In this document: positions 29,074 to 39,297 of the stretch, one piece after another
Position numbering within the stretch: position 1 is the stretch's first letter
Layout of the letters: each line of letters opens with the position of its first letter
Origin: an uncultured Candidatus Saccharibacteria bacterium
GTDB lineage: Bacteria; Patescibacteriota; Dojkabacteria; J137
Assembly (NCBI GenBank): GCA_964561155.1
Contig: CAZLOI010000002.1
Span: 155,629 to 216,722 of the forward strand
Direction of reading: 5' to 3'
DNA: 61,094 bases
The notes under the pieces: generated by a model
What the model saw: the letters and a program-made list of their open reading frames with translations, nothing else
What the model was told of the DNA's origin: nothing
Databases searched by the model: none
Made by a program: the position numbers and the translations under genes

Positions 29074-31125
29074 CTACTTAAGCTTTGTAACTAACTTGAC
29101 TGGTCCTTCTTTCTCGAAGCTTTTAATCAACCTTAACGTCTTTACATCAGGAGCTTCAGTTAATAGGAACCCTTCTGGATCAAGCTTAAACATATTCTCA
29201 AGTATAGTTTCATCTATAGAAGAAACAAACAATATAGTCTCGAAATCCTTCTCCTTTAGAATCGATAACTTCTGAACAAGCTTCTTTAATTGAGCCTCCT
29301 TAACGTTCCTTACATTCTTTACCGTAAAGAACTCCTGAAGAAGTTTTGAAATATTCACAACAACACCATCCACAAGCTTCTCATCAATATCTTCAAGCTC
29401 AAGAAGAATAGAAGGGTACGATACTTCTAGAAAGAATCTTCTTTTATTCTTCTTTGGAAAATGAACAGACCTAAACTGTTTAAGTAACGCTTCAAAGTTT
29501 TCAATAGACCTAATACCACTTAAGATAAAGTCTTCAACAACAACGCCATACTCATTCTCAGCTAACTGTAATCCAAGAAGCTCGGTATAGAAGATCTTCT
29601 GATCCTCTAACAACCTTAAATCCCCATCGTTGTCGGTCTTCTCTGAATATAGATTAGAGAAATAATAGAAAAGACGATTATTCTTAAACGACTTACCAAA
29701 CGTTAAGATTTCCTGAGAATATTTCTCTGATAGTTCTCTTAACTTCTTTGCACTACCTAAAACATCATCTGGTAGATTCTCAAACTTCTTTAATATCGAT
29801 GTACCATTAATAACAACACCATCAAATTCTCTACCTAGTATCAATTCCGAAGGTTTGCTGCTTTGCATCAATATATTAATCTTCGTTCTTAACTTGTTCT
29901 TCTCCTCCTTTAAATTGAAACTCTCAGGTTTTAAATCCTTGTTCTCAATTTCTCTCTCAGCTTCTTTAGATTTAACATCTTCAAATACTTCACTAGCAAT
30001 AGCATCTAGATCAACATCAGATTCACTATTTCCAAACGTGTTTAGATTTGATGAACTGTAATTTGTAGAATTGTTAGCTGGCTTTGAATTTGAACCCGAA
30101 TTAGAACCTGTTGTTTCTCTAGAACCTGATCCAAAACCATCTCCCAACTTCTTTCCTTTTGTTATCTTAATCTCTTCAACTTGTTCGGAATAAATGATGT
30201 CCGTATAGAATATTTGACCAGCTTCAACTGCATAGCCTACCGCAAAATCTTTCTCTACTAACTCATATAAATCTTCTAGATCTTCAGAAATCGTTATTAG
30301 AAGATCGTCGGATAATTTCTGAACACTTCGTTGATCCTTAGAAACATTAACTGGTAGATAGAATTTCTCTGTATCAGTTAAATTAATATTTCTAATGAAC
30401 ATCTTGTTCTGGTTGTGAACAACCTTTGATTTAATCTTTGAATCGGCATAATCAAGAATATATACGTCTGAACTCTCTTCTACATTTTCTAAAGCTTCAT
30501 CGATACCAAAACACGCAGATACTTCCGCAAGTTTCTTAGACAATGTTATTCGTCCACTAACTTCTGGGTGCAATACTTCTTGAACAATAACTGCACAGGT
30601 TAGATCTCCTTTGTAAGCAGTTCGTACCCGGTTCTCAAGTTCTTCGGCAATAAATAGAGTAGTCCAAGCAAGCTTTATGGTATTAAGTAGAGTTTCGAAG
30701 CCAGAAACATATGTATGTGAAATTCTTTTATAACTTTCTGACTGGTTCTTTAAAGGAACAATAGTTGAAGGTTTTACTTTAATGAGTGGAGATGCGTTTC
30801 CCTTTATTAGATTCCTATATGTTTGTTCAAGTGGTCTCGAAATAATCTGTGGAATATCTTGGGACATTATTAGCTCAGAAATCGCATTGGCAATCTTTAC
30901 ATTTTCATCATATGAATTAAGCCTTACCTTGCTTAACAGTTCCTGGATATCTTCTGCTATTTGAGTAGCAAGCAGGAAGGTATCGAAAGCTACCGTTGTT
31001 ACAAAGAAAGTATTAGGACTACTAAACAACTCAGCGTACTTAACACCAAGTTCCCCCAACATATCGCTATCTGCCTTTTTAATCTTCTTTGAATGAAGAA
31101 TGAATTCTTGGTTCTTTCCGTTCAT
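29074..31125 (-). CDS. Degenerate PEP synthase/PPDK-like protein lacking the phospho-His domain
   Basis: N-terminal PPDK_N-like region (FFVTTVAF, VIVQEVLHPEVSG, VSACFGI) and degenerate C-terminal barrel; centre is a low-complexity S/N/G linker. Confidence 0.65.
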   Translation of the reverse strand: MNGKNQEFILHSKKIKKADSDMLGELGVKYAELFSSPNTFFVTTVAFDTFLLATQIAEDIQELLSKVRLNSYDENVKIANAISELIMSQDIPQIISRPLEQTYRNLIKGNASPLIKVKPSTIVPLKNQSESYKRISHTYVSGFETLLNTIKLAWTTLFIAEELENRVRTAYKGDLTCAVIVQEVLHPEVSGRITLSKKLAEVSACFGIDEALENVEESSDVYILDYADSKIKSKVVHNQNKMFIRNINLTDTEKFYLPVNVSKDQRSVQKLSDDLLITISEDLEDLYELVEKDFAVGYAVEAGQIFYTDIIYSEQVEEIKITKGKKLGDGFGSGSRETTGSNSGSNSKPANNSTNYSSSNLNTFGNSESDVDLDAIASEVFEDVKSKEAEREIENKDLKPESFNLKEEKNKLRTKINILMQSSKPSELILGREFDGVVINGTSILKKFENLPDDVLGSAKKLRELSEKYSQEILTFGKSFKNNRLFYYFSNLYSEKTDNDGDLRLLEDQKIFYTELLGLQLAENEYGVVVEDFILSGIRSIENFEALLKQFRSVHFPKKNKRRFFLEVSYPSILLELEDIDEKLVDGVVVNISKLLQEFFTVKNVRNVKEAQLKKLVQKLSILKEKDFETILFVSSIDETILENMFKLDPEGFLLTEAPDVKTLRLIKSFEKEGPVKLVTKLK

Positions 31126-31180
31126 TGTTTTACCTCTTAGAATTGATATAATAGCAATAATATTATTCTATATTGTTTCT

Positions 31181-31927
31181 ATGGCGATTTCCAGAGAAGA
31201 TCAAAATACATTCATTATGATCATCGCAGTGATGATTGTATGTATTATAGCCCTGTGCGCTGTAACAAACACTATTTGGCAGGTAATACGTTTACCAGTT
31301 AATAACATCATAACTGGAATCACTACAGCAATCCACCTACAAACTCTTAACTATAATTTCGATATTCCAGAAGTCGAAGGTCTACCAGAAACTGTACCAG
31401 TAATACCAGATCCAGAAAACCCAAGTACACAGCCAGAATTCCCTGGAGAAATCCAAAGCTATTCTGGTGCACTCTATACAGTTGATGAAATAAATGATCT
31501 ATCACTTTCTAATCAAGAAGTAACTCAGAAAGATCTAGCTATAACCATTAGCAAAGCAGGTGTTAATGCAACAATATACCAAGGGGAACCTTCAGAAGAA
31601 TACCTAAAGCAAGGATTCTGGGTAAGTCCTACACAAAGTGAACTAGGGGAGGGAGAAGTAGTATTCTTTTGTAATAGAAGATACTTTGGTCCATCGGATT
31701 CTAAAGGTTGTTGGAATATTGATAAGATAGCAGTATCCGACACCATAACAATTAGATTTGAAAATACACTGCTTGAATACACAGTAATTGGGGCCAACAT
31801 TTTCGAAGCAAATGACTCAGTAATATATCAACTTAATCCAGATGACGATCTACTTAAGATCATAACTACTCATCCACTTGAAGGAAATACTCAAAGATAC
31901 GTAATTCTAGCTGAAAGAACTAGATAA
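31181..31927 (+). CDS. Sortase-fold membrane protein, catalytic residues apparently lost
   Basis: TM anchor, KAGVNATIYQG, VGD-like VSDTITI, YTV, LKIITTHP...QRYVILAE; start placed at ATG 31181. Confidence 0.65.
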   Translation: MAISREDQNTFIMIIAVMIVCIIALCAVTNTIWQVIRLPVNNIITGITTAIHLQTLNYNFDIPEVEGLPETVPVIPDPENPSTQPEFPGEIQSYSGALYTVDEINDLSLSNQEVTQKDLAITISKAGVNATIYQGEPSEEYLKQGFWVSPTQSELGEGEVVFFCNRRYFGPSDSKGCWNIDKIAVSDTITIRFENTLLEYTVIGANIFEANDSVIYQLNPDDDLLKIITTHPLEGNTQRYVILAERTR

Positions 31928-32030
31928 CAAAAATCAATCTTTAAGAAATCATTCCAGAATCAATCTTCCTCGCGCTTAATTGTAGATAAAGTCCATTTCA
32001 TATAGAATGAATAGGAATTAAAAATAAACT

Positions 32031-33587
32031 ATGGCAGATTTTTTCAAAAGACCAAAACCACTAGTACTAATCTCTATGGACGGTGTTGGAATAGCTCCAC
32101 AAAGCCCTGGAAACGCTGTTATGCTTGCAGACACAAAGAACTTAGATAAATATTGGCCACTATACCCACACACAACTCTAGAGGCTTCACAGCTTAACGT
32201 TGGACTACCTTCTGGAACTGATGGAAATAGCGAAGTTGGACATATGGCTATGGGAGCAGGAAGAGTTATCTTCCAGAACTTACCTCGAATTGATAACTCT
32301 ATTGCAATGGGAGATTTCTTTAGAAATCCAACCATTATTGAAGCCTTTGAACATGCAAAATCAAATGAAGGTAACGTTCATTTTATGGGACTAATTGGAT
32401 CAGGTTCCGTTCATGCATCCGTTCCTCATTTAAAAGCATTACTTAAATTCGCTCTGGAACAGAAAGTAGATGGAGACCGAGTATACCTACATGCATTTAC
32501 AGATGGACGAGACTCCGCACCTACTGAATCGATAGAGCTTCTGGACGATATTGAATCTTTTATGTATCAAAAGAAAGTAGGAAAGCTTGCCTCAATCATG
32601 GGAAGAGCATTCGCTATGGATAGAAATAGGAACTGGAAGAGAACAAAGATTGCATATGACGCTTTAGTTGAAGGAGTTGGAACAAAGACCAAGAACTGGA
32701 AGAAATCAATTCAGGAATCACACAAGAAAGAAGTTCTTGATGAATATATCGATCCTCTTCTTATCGAAATTGATGGAAAGGATATTATTAAGATTAAAGA
32801 AAACGATACTGTTATATTCTTTAACTTTAGACCAGATAGAGCGGTTCAGCTAACAATGGCATTCGAAGACAAGAACTTTAGAGGATTTGATAGACCACTA
32901 ATCAAGAAGTTGTATTTTGCTGGTATGAACGATTACGAAAATGGTTTCCCAACACACCAGATGTTCCCTCCAGAAAAGGTTTTAACACCATTAGGAAGAG
33001 CGTTATCCGATGCAGAACTAAAGCAGCTTCGAATTGCTGAATCTGAGAAGTTTCCTCATGTTACGTATTTCTTTAATGGTCAGAACAAAGAAATTATGCC
33101 AGGAGAAACGTGGATGGAAATACCTTCTCCAAAAGATGTTGCTACATACGATGAAAAACCAGAGATGAGTCAGAAATGGGTAGCAAAGACTGTTGTTGAA
33201 AAAATTGAAGAAGGGAAGTTTGATTTTATCTTGGTTAACTTTGCAGGACCAGATATGGTTGCACATACAGGAAATATTCCAGCCACTGTTATTGCTATGA
33301 ATGCATGCGACGAAGCTATTGGTATGATTGTAGATGCAGCATTAGAAAAAGATGGAGCTGTTATTATTACAGCTGACCATGGAAATGCAGAAGAGATGTT
33401 GGATTTAAGATCTGGAAAGATGGATACAAAGCATTCAACAAATCCAGTTCCTGCAGTTATCATAAAAAAGGGGTTGGAACCTAAAGAAATACCAGTAGGA
33501 GGTTTAGCAGATGTTGCTCCAACAATCTTAGGGTTACTTGGTATTCCACAACCAGCTGAAATGACAGGTAGAAATCTATTGAGCTAG
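32031..33587 (+). CDS. gpmI: 2,3-bisphosphoglycerate-independent phosphoglycerate mutase
   Basis: LISMDGVG, GNSEVGH, FTDGRD, MGRAFAMDR, FNFRPDRA, ESEKFPHVTYFF, DMVAHTG, TADHGNAE. Confidence 0.96.
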   Translation: MADFFKRPKPLVLISMDGVGIAPQSPGNAVMLADTKNLDKYWPLYPHTTLEASQLNVGLPSGTDGNSEVGHMAMGAGRVIFQNLPRIDNSIAMGDFFRNPTIIEAFEHAKSNEGNVHFMGLIGSGSVHASVPHLKALLKFALEQKVDGDRVYLHAFTDGRDSAPTESIELLDDIESFMYQKKVGKLASIMGRAFAMDRNRNWKRTKIAYDALVEGVGTKTKNWKKSIQESHKKEVLDEYIDPLLIEIDGKDIIKIKENDTVIFFNFRPDRAVQLTMAFEDKNFRGFDRPLIKKLYFAGMNDYENGFPTHQMFPPEKVLTPLGRALSDAELKQLRIAESEKFPHVTYFFNGQNKEIMPGETWMEIPSPKDVATYDEKPEMSQKWVAKTVVEKIEEGKFDFILVNFAGPDMVAHTGNIPATVIAMNACDEAIGMIVDAALEKDGAVIITADHGNAEEMLDLRSGKMDTKHSTNPVPAVIIKKGLEPKEIPVGGLADVAPTILGLLGIPQPAEMTGRNLLS

Positions 33588-34054
33588 TCTCCCATCTCAA
33601 CCTTTCCAGCTTCTTGAGGTTCCATATTGGCATCTAGCCATTCGAAGATTTCACTCCAGTCATCACGATGTTTATGGCTAAATATCTTAACGGTATACTT
33701 GTTCTTAAGTCCTGTTATATTCATTCCATAAGCAACTATTGGTATGAATTTCTGTGCTAGAGATGTTTCTTTAGGCAATATTACTGCATATACTCCCCAC
33801 TTTATTTCTTCTACAGGTCTTTGAACAAAAGAGAGAAGAGCTGACAATGGAGGGCTCTTGTCTGCAATGAATATAGCTCTTGTTCTACCCAATGAATCTA
33901 GTCTTTCAATTAATCCAAAATCAAACTTACGTCCTTCATCAAGAAACTCATTAGGATTCTCCGTATTAATCCTTAGGATATTTGTGTTGTGAAAGTTGTA
34001 TATAACATCAATACCTTCTTTATCATCGAACTTCGGAGCCATTATCTTTTTCAT
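33584..34054 (-). CDS. Hypothetical protein
   Basis: 156-aa ORF. Confidence 0.55.
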   Translation of the reverse strand: MKKIMAPKFDDKEGIDVIYNFHNTNILRINTENPNEFLDEGRKFDFGLIERLDSLGRTRAIFIADKSPPLSALLSFVQRPVEEIKWGVYAVILPKETSLAQKFIPIVAYGMNITGLKNKYTVKIFSHKHRDDWSEIFEWLDANMEPQEAGKVEMGD

Positions 34055-34186
34055 ATATTGTGCTTAAAGATATAGATACTATAAATCAAGTTATGAAAAA
34101 AAAGAAGAGGATATACCTTCATTGCAGGTATTAGATATAAATATAAAGAGAATGTATAATACTTAAATTAACGTTAACTCAAAGAT

Positions 34187-34690
34187 ATGGCTATATTTGG
34201 ATTGTTCGGAGGAAGTAAGTCTCAAGGTTCACCAGCACCCGTACAAAAAGATCATCGACCTTTTGCAAAGAGAGAAAGAGGTGAAGTAGTAGATGAATCT
34301 CCTTTAATCTCAAATGAACAGAGAAATCTACAGAATCATGTTAAGAATTTAATTGCCGAAGCCAATGTAAGTACAAACTACAAAGATGTTACTTCAGAAT
34401 ACAGTTTCCTTGAGACCTTTGTACCGTACCACATTCGACAAGACTACGGACTAACACCAAATTCTATAGAACCATTAAGAGAAATCTATTCATTACTCTT
34501 AAGAAGTTTGAGTGATACATCCCTTGAAACATATATTGAAAAGATGAGCGTGGAAACAAGATTCAAAGTTCTCGAGGTAATACTATGTATGATGAATATA
34601 GATAATCCAGAAACTATCAAATTCTTGAATGCATACCCGGATACATTCCAGAAGTTTGGCAAATACTTTCCTAATGCAAGTATTGATTAA
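34187..34690 (+). CDS. Hypothetical protein
   Basis: 167-aa ORF. Confidence 0.6.
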   Translation: MAIFGLFGGSKSQGSPAPVQKDHRPFAKRERGEVVDESPLISNEQRNLQNHVKNLIAEANVSTNYKDVTSEYSFLETFVPYHIRQDYGLTPNSIEPLREIYSLLLRSLSDTSLETYIEKMSVETRFKVLEVILCMMNIDNPETIKFLNAYPDTFQKFGKYFPNASID

Positions 34691-34721
34691 GGATAGAGTA
34701 GTTTAATAGGACTGATATAAC

Positions 34722-34988
34722 CTATAACTCTTCGTCTCCAATCATTCCCTCATCTTCTTCAATAAGACAGTACATATCTTCATCTGCACTCGCTTCTTTG
34801 GTACCTTCTATATCGTTACAGAATCTAAGAAACCTTACATTAGGATATTGCTTACTTCGAAATATCATTTCGTGACTATCAATTTCCTTAAACCCTAATG
34901 CTTTAAGTTCTGACTTTCGTAATACATCTGAAAAAGGACGCAAAGAATTTGAAGAGAAATGCTCTGTAGAATATGGAATATTAAGCAT
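34722..34988 (-). CDS. Hypothetical protein
   Basis: 88-aa ORF downstream of ligD. Confidence 0.5.
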   Translation of the reverse strand: MLNIPYSTEHFSSNSLRPFSDVLRKSELKALGFKEIDSHEMIFRSKQYPNVRFLRFCNDIEGTKEASADEDMYCLIEEDEGMIGDEEL

Positions 34989-35029
34989 ACTAATTTAATA
35001 ATTGCTTGATTCTAACAAGAGAAAGCCTT

Positions 35030-37621
35030 TTAACTCAAGCTTTTTAACACCTTTTCTATATCAATACCTTCACCCAACACACCTTCCCACAAGTCTCCAA
35101 CGGCATCTATTCTTTCCCTCATATTCTTTATATGAAACTTCTTTGGATCCAATCCCGGCTTAACCTCCTCCCATTTAAGTGGAGTAGAGACGGTGGCTCC
35201 TTCTGTAGGACGAACAGAGTATGCACAAGCAGTTGTTTGCCCTTTTCGATTCTGTATATAGTCGATATATACCTTGCCTTTTCTGTCTTCTGGAGATCTC
35301 TCCAGACTAACAATCTTAGGTAACCTATTTTGTATCTTAACCGCAATCAGTTCAGCAAAAATCTTAACCTGTTCAAAATCATACTTCGCATCGAGTGGCA
35401 GATATACATGCAAACCTCTCTTTCCAGAAGTCTTGCAATAGCTTGGAATCTTTAATTCCTCACACAACTCATATATTTCCCTAGCCACCTTCACAACATC
35501 CTTGAAATCAACCTCCACAGGGTCTAGATCGAACAGAACATAGTCAGGGTTCTCTAGAGTATCAATCTTTGAATTCCATGGATTAATCTCAATACAACCA
35601 AGATTAGCCATGAAAAGAAGAGTCTCTTTGTTTTGACAAAGAATATAGTCCACATATTTCTTTGTAGAAGATGAATATATCTTCTTTGTAGATACATATT
35701 CCGGATGTTCATTGTCGTAGTCTTTTTGAAAGAAACTTTCTCCATTAATACCATTTGGATGCCTATTCATATTCTGTGGTCGATCTACTAGATATGGCAT
35801 CATTACATCTCCAATATCGTTGTAGTATTCCAACAAATCTCTCTTTGTATACTTCTCCTTTGGCCAATATATCTTGTCGAGGTTACTAAACTCAAGGTTA
35901 GGTAAACCATTTGTACCACTAGCACCATTTCCAGAGCTATTCGAATCTTCATTCTCAATTTGAGATGCATCTACAATCTTCACTCCAACAACATCTTTTG
36001 CTTTCTTGTCCTTCCTAATTCCTAAATATACTGGGTGTCGTAGTACTTGATCCTCTGTCCATTCACTAAACTTAACCTGAACAACAATCTTTGGTTTAAT
36101 CCATTTCTCTACATTATTACTTGGAACAAAATCGGTATTCTTGAACGGATTCTCCTTAACCTCATATTCATCCATCAATTCCTGAAGTTCCTTCATATTC
36201 TCCGAATTGAATCCAGTACCAACATGTCCTCGATATACAAAGTCTCCATTCACATATTCCCCAATTAGAATGGAACCAAAACGTTTCCTTTCTCCTTTTG
36301 GTTTAGTGTATCCACCAATTACAAATTCCTGCTCATTAACCGCCTTAACCTTCAACCAATCCTTGCTTCGATCAGAACTGTAGGTAGAATCCTTTCTCTT
36401 TGCAACAACTCCTTCCATTCCCAAATGTTTTGCACTTTCAAACAATTCAATCCCATCCTTAAAGGTTTCACTTAAACGAACAACGTTGTTTGGTTTAACC
36501 ACTTCTTTTAATATCTCAAGTCTTTTTTCCAAACTCATTCCCCTTAAATCAAACTTGTCGAAATACAAAATATCAAAAACGTAGTACAGTAGTTTCTGGT
36601 TAGAATCTTTGTTCTTCTTTTTGTTTTGAAGTAACTGAAATCTAGAAACACCATCTTCATCTACAGCTACAACCTCTCCATCAAGTACCATGTTCCCTGG
36701 AATCTTTTCAAGCTCAGTAACAATCTCTGGGAAATCTTTGTTAAAGTCCTGATCGTTTCTAGAGTATAGACGTACCTTTCCATTCTTGATTTGAGCCAAA
36801 GCTCTGTATCCGTCCCACTTTAATTCATATATCCAATCAGAATTAGTGAATGGTTCATCGGCAAGGGATGCAAGCATTGGAGATATGGATTCAGGTAGAG
36901 GAGCTTTCTTTGGTTCTTCCGAACTATCGCTTATCAATTCTTTTGTATCAAAGTTACTTTCATTCTCTTTCTTTTTCTCTTTATCTTTAGAACTTTGTAT
37001 ATCAACTTCTTCAAACTCCACTTTCTCTTTTGGTTTACCTTCAGATATTTCCTTTAATGTTCTTCCTGAAACTACAGAAACATCTTCATGAGATATGGCT
37101 TTGTTTGCATATTCATCGTTGTGTTTTATAAGGAGCCAGACGTTTTTGTCTTTGCTTCCAAACTTGTCCTTTGGCTTTATCTTGAATATAGCGAATTCAC
37201 CATTTAGCTTCTTTCCAAATAGCTTAAATTTTAAGTGCCCATCTTTTAAGTGTCTTGATACTGCATCTTCATCTGATTCCTTTTCATCTTTAATTATTGG
37301 TTCAAAGAAACCATTGTCCCAAATCATAACGGTACCTGCACCATAGTTACCTTCAGGAATTGTTCCTTCAAACTTGTTGTATTCGATAGGGTGATCTTCA
37401 ACTTCCATAGCAAGTCTTCGCTCCTTCGGATTAAGTGTTGGACCTTTTGGAACTGCCCAACTTCTCATAACACCTTCGTTTTCTAGTCGAAGATCGAAGT
37501 GTAGTTGAGATGCATGGTGTTTTTGAATAACGAAACGAAGCTTGGAACCAGGCTTTTCAACCTTTCCTTCAGGTTCTGGTGTCTCTTTAAAGTTTCTTTT
37601 CTGATTGTATTTATTAAGCAT
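35030..37621 (-). CDS. ligD: NHEJ DNA ligase D (phosphoesterase-ligase-polymerase)
   Basis: PE: FVIQKHHASQLHFDLRLE; ligase: YELKWDGYR, EGVVAK, WLKVK; polymerase: FDLDP, KTSGKRGLH, YSVRP. Confidence 0.96.
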   Translation of the reverse strand: MLNKYNQKRNFKETPEPEGKVEKPGSKLRFVIQKHHASQLHFDLRLENEGVMRSWAVPKGPTLNPKERRLAMEVEDHPIEYNKFEGTIPEGNYGAGTVMIWDNGFFEPIIKDEKESDEDAVSRHLKDGHLKFKLFGKKLNGEFAIFKIKPKDKFGSKDKNVWLLIKHNDEYANKAISHEDVSVVSGRTLKEISEGKPKEKVEFEEVDIQSSKDKEKKKENESNFDTKELISDSSEEPKKAPLPESISPMLASLADEPFTNSDWIYELKWDGYRALAQIKNGKVRLYSRNDQDFNKDFPEIVTELEKIPGNMVLDGEVVAVDEDGVSRFQLLQNKKKNKDSNQKLLYYVFDILYFDKFDLRGMSLEKRLEILKEVVKPNNVVRLSETFKDGIELFESAKHLGMEGVVAKRKDSTYSSDRSKDWLKVKAVNEQEFVIGGYTKPKGERKRFGSILIGEYVNGDFVYRGHVGTGFNSENMKELQELMDEYEVKENPFKNTDFVPSNNVEKWIKPKIVVQVKFSEWTEDQVLRHPVYLGIRKDKKAKDVVGVKIVDASQIENEDSNSSGNGASGTNGLPNLEFSNLDKIYWPKEKYTKRDLLEYYNDIGDVMMPYLVDRPQNMNRHPNGINGESFFQKDYDNEHPEYVSTKKIYSSSTKKYVDYILCQNKETLLFMANLGCIEINPWNSKIDTLENPDYVLFDLDPVEVDFKDVVKVAREIYELCEELKIPSYCKTSGKRGLHVYLPLDAKYDFEQVKIFAELIAVKIQNRLPKIVSLERSPEDRKGKVYIDYIQNRKGQTTACAYSVRPTEGATVSTPLKWEEVKPGLDPKKFHIKNMRERIDAVGDLWEGVLGEGIDIEKVLKSLS

Positions 37622-38402
37622 TTGCTTCTACTTCTTTAAACTTAATTAAACTCTCCTGCAACAGTTTGGTTAAGTTAGATTCCGAAGCATCGACTCTTTT
37701 CTTTGGTTGTTCAACCTTTACAGTCTTCTTCTTAGACTTTGCATCTATTAGTTTCTTAAGCTTTGCAATATAGTCATCTTTGTATTCTCCAATATCGAAT
37801 TTCTCAGACATCTTTTCTATTAGTTCTGTAGCCATATCAAGTTCCTTGTCATTAACTTCAATCTTCCCTGGAACCTCTAGTTCTTCTGAGTCCTTAATTT
37901 CAGCTTCATACCTTAGTTGATTTAGTACTAGCATATTTCCTCTTGGAGCAATTGTACAAAGTCGTTCTCTGTTTCTCATAACGAATTCAGCAACACCAAC
38001 ACTCTTTGTTTTCTTTAATGCCTTTACCAAAAGAGCGTAGAGCTTCTTTGCCTTAGGATCTGGTTCTATATAGTATGGTGTTTCGAAGTATATCGGATCT
38101 ATTTCATCTTCTTCAACAAACGATGTTAGTTCTATATTCTCACTTTTTTCAAGATCTACATTTTCAAAATCATCTGGTTCCAATACAACGTAGTCTCCTT
38201 TCTTAATTTCATATCCTTTAACTACATCTTTCCATGCTACTTCTTTTCCTGTTCTAACATCTATTCTTGCGTATCTAATTGGAGATTTATCTTTCTTTGA
38301 AAGGAGGTCTAGATCTATTTCGATGGCCTTGGTTGCGCTGTATAGCTTGATTGGAATGTATACTAATCCAAATGTTATTCCGCCTGTCCAGATTGGCCTC
38401 AT
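37614..38402 (-). CDS. ku: NHEJ protein Ku
   Basis: MRPIWTGGITFGLVYIP, VKGYE, IDPIYFETPYY, YKDDY. Confidence 0.96.
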   Translation of the reverse strand: MRPIWTGGITFGLVYIPIKLYSATKAIEIDLDLLSKKDKSPIRYARIDVRTGKEVAWKDVVKGYEIKKGDYVVLEPDDFENVDLEKSENIELTSFVEEDEIDPIYFETPYYIEPDPKAKKLYALLVKALKKTKSVGVAEFVMRNRERLCTIAPRGNMLVLNQLRYEAEIKDSEELEVPGKIEVNDKELDMATELIEKMSEKFDIGEYKDDYIAKLKKLIDAKSKKKTVKVEQPKKRVDASESNLTKLLQESLIKFKEVEANA

Positions 38403-38557
38403 ATTACGAGTTTAAGAATTACAAGTTAAAGTATTTATATATTCCACCATCAATATTAATGATATCTATAATCAAGAAACTAGTTGTATAGATAGAGCTT
38501 CAGTAGAGATTTGTTTGTAGTTTAGGTAATATATTGTATTAACGTTAATTAATAATT

Positions 38558-38941
38558 ATGGATGAGAGAGGTCTAGAACAAGGAAAGGTTAATTTTGATT
38601 CTGAGAAGGGCATAAAAGTATTGGAGAGTTTGAAGGAAGTTATGAAAGCAGCTGTAGTAACAGCAGATACGGATGAAGCGTGGGAATATATTAAAGACAG
38701 AATAGTATCTCAGGGAGCAATTGATGAGGCACAATTAGGTACTTTTATTTTTAACTGTGTTGCAGATTTTATTAAATTCAAACCTAAAGGTTTAGATAAT
38801 CCAAGATTTAGATTGGAACAAGATTTCTCGCTTATAGCATTCAAACTGGGAGCTAAAAGTTTTAATCTGTTTGATGGCAATGTTCAACTGCAAGCTTGTA
38901 ACTATATAGCTGCCAAGTTGATTGAAAGATTAAGAGCTTAA
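38558..38941 (+). CDS. Hypothetical protein
   Basis: 127-aa ORF. Confidence 0.55.
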   Translation: MDERGLEQGKVNFDSEKGIKVLESLKEVMKAAVVTADTDEAWEYIKDRIVSQGAIDEAQLGTFIFNCVADFIKFKPKGLDNPRFRLEQDFSLIAFKLGAKSFNLFDGNVQLQACNYIAAKLIERLRA

Positions 38942-39002
38942 GTTGATATTTATTTCTGTTTTTAAAGTCACTCTTTATAGTATAATTCGGTTGCTATGCT
39001 AA

Positions 39003-39093
39003 GGAGAGGTACTCAAGTGGTTAAGAGGGCACATTGCTAACGTGTTAGTAGACCAAAAGTCTAGCGCGGGTTCGAATCCCGCTCTCTCCGCCA
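39003..39093 (+). tRNA. tRNA-Ser(GCT), long variable arm, CCA encoded
   Basis: GGAGAGG acceptor, loop TTGCTAA, V-arm TAGAC-CAAAA-GTCTA, GCGGG-TTCGAAT-CCCGC, ends CTCTCCGCCA. Confidence 0.93.
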
Positions 39094-39297
39094 TTTTCAA
39101 ATGGTTTCGCAAGACTCGTCTACTTATCTTTGGCACGCTTAACCCCCTTGTACATTGGTGATCGAATATCGCTAATTTTGCAAAAGACTACAATTTTGCC
39201 TCAAAAGTCCCCAAAATCATAATTTATGAAAGTTGTTTGGTTCTAAGCTTTTTTGTTGTGGGTGTTGTATATTCTTGATCGATAATTCTCGTTCTAA

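Noticed and set aside
30050-30140. Low-complexity GAACC/GAATT-like repeats
   Set aside because: They encode the Ser/Gly/Asn linker of the PEP-synthase-like protein and are not an independent DNA repeat.
21000-39000. Replication origin suggested by the switch from mostly minus to mostly plus genes and by spot G/C counts
   Set aside because: No dnaA gene or DnaA-box cluster was seen and spot counts were inconsistent. A cumulative GC-skew computation would be needed.
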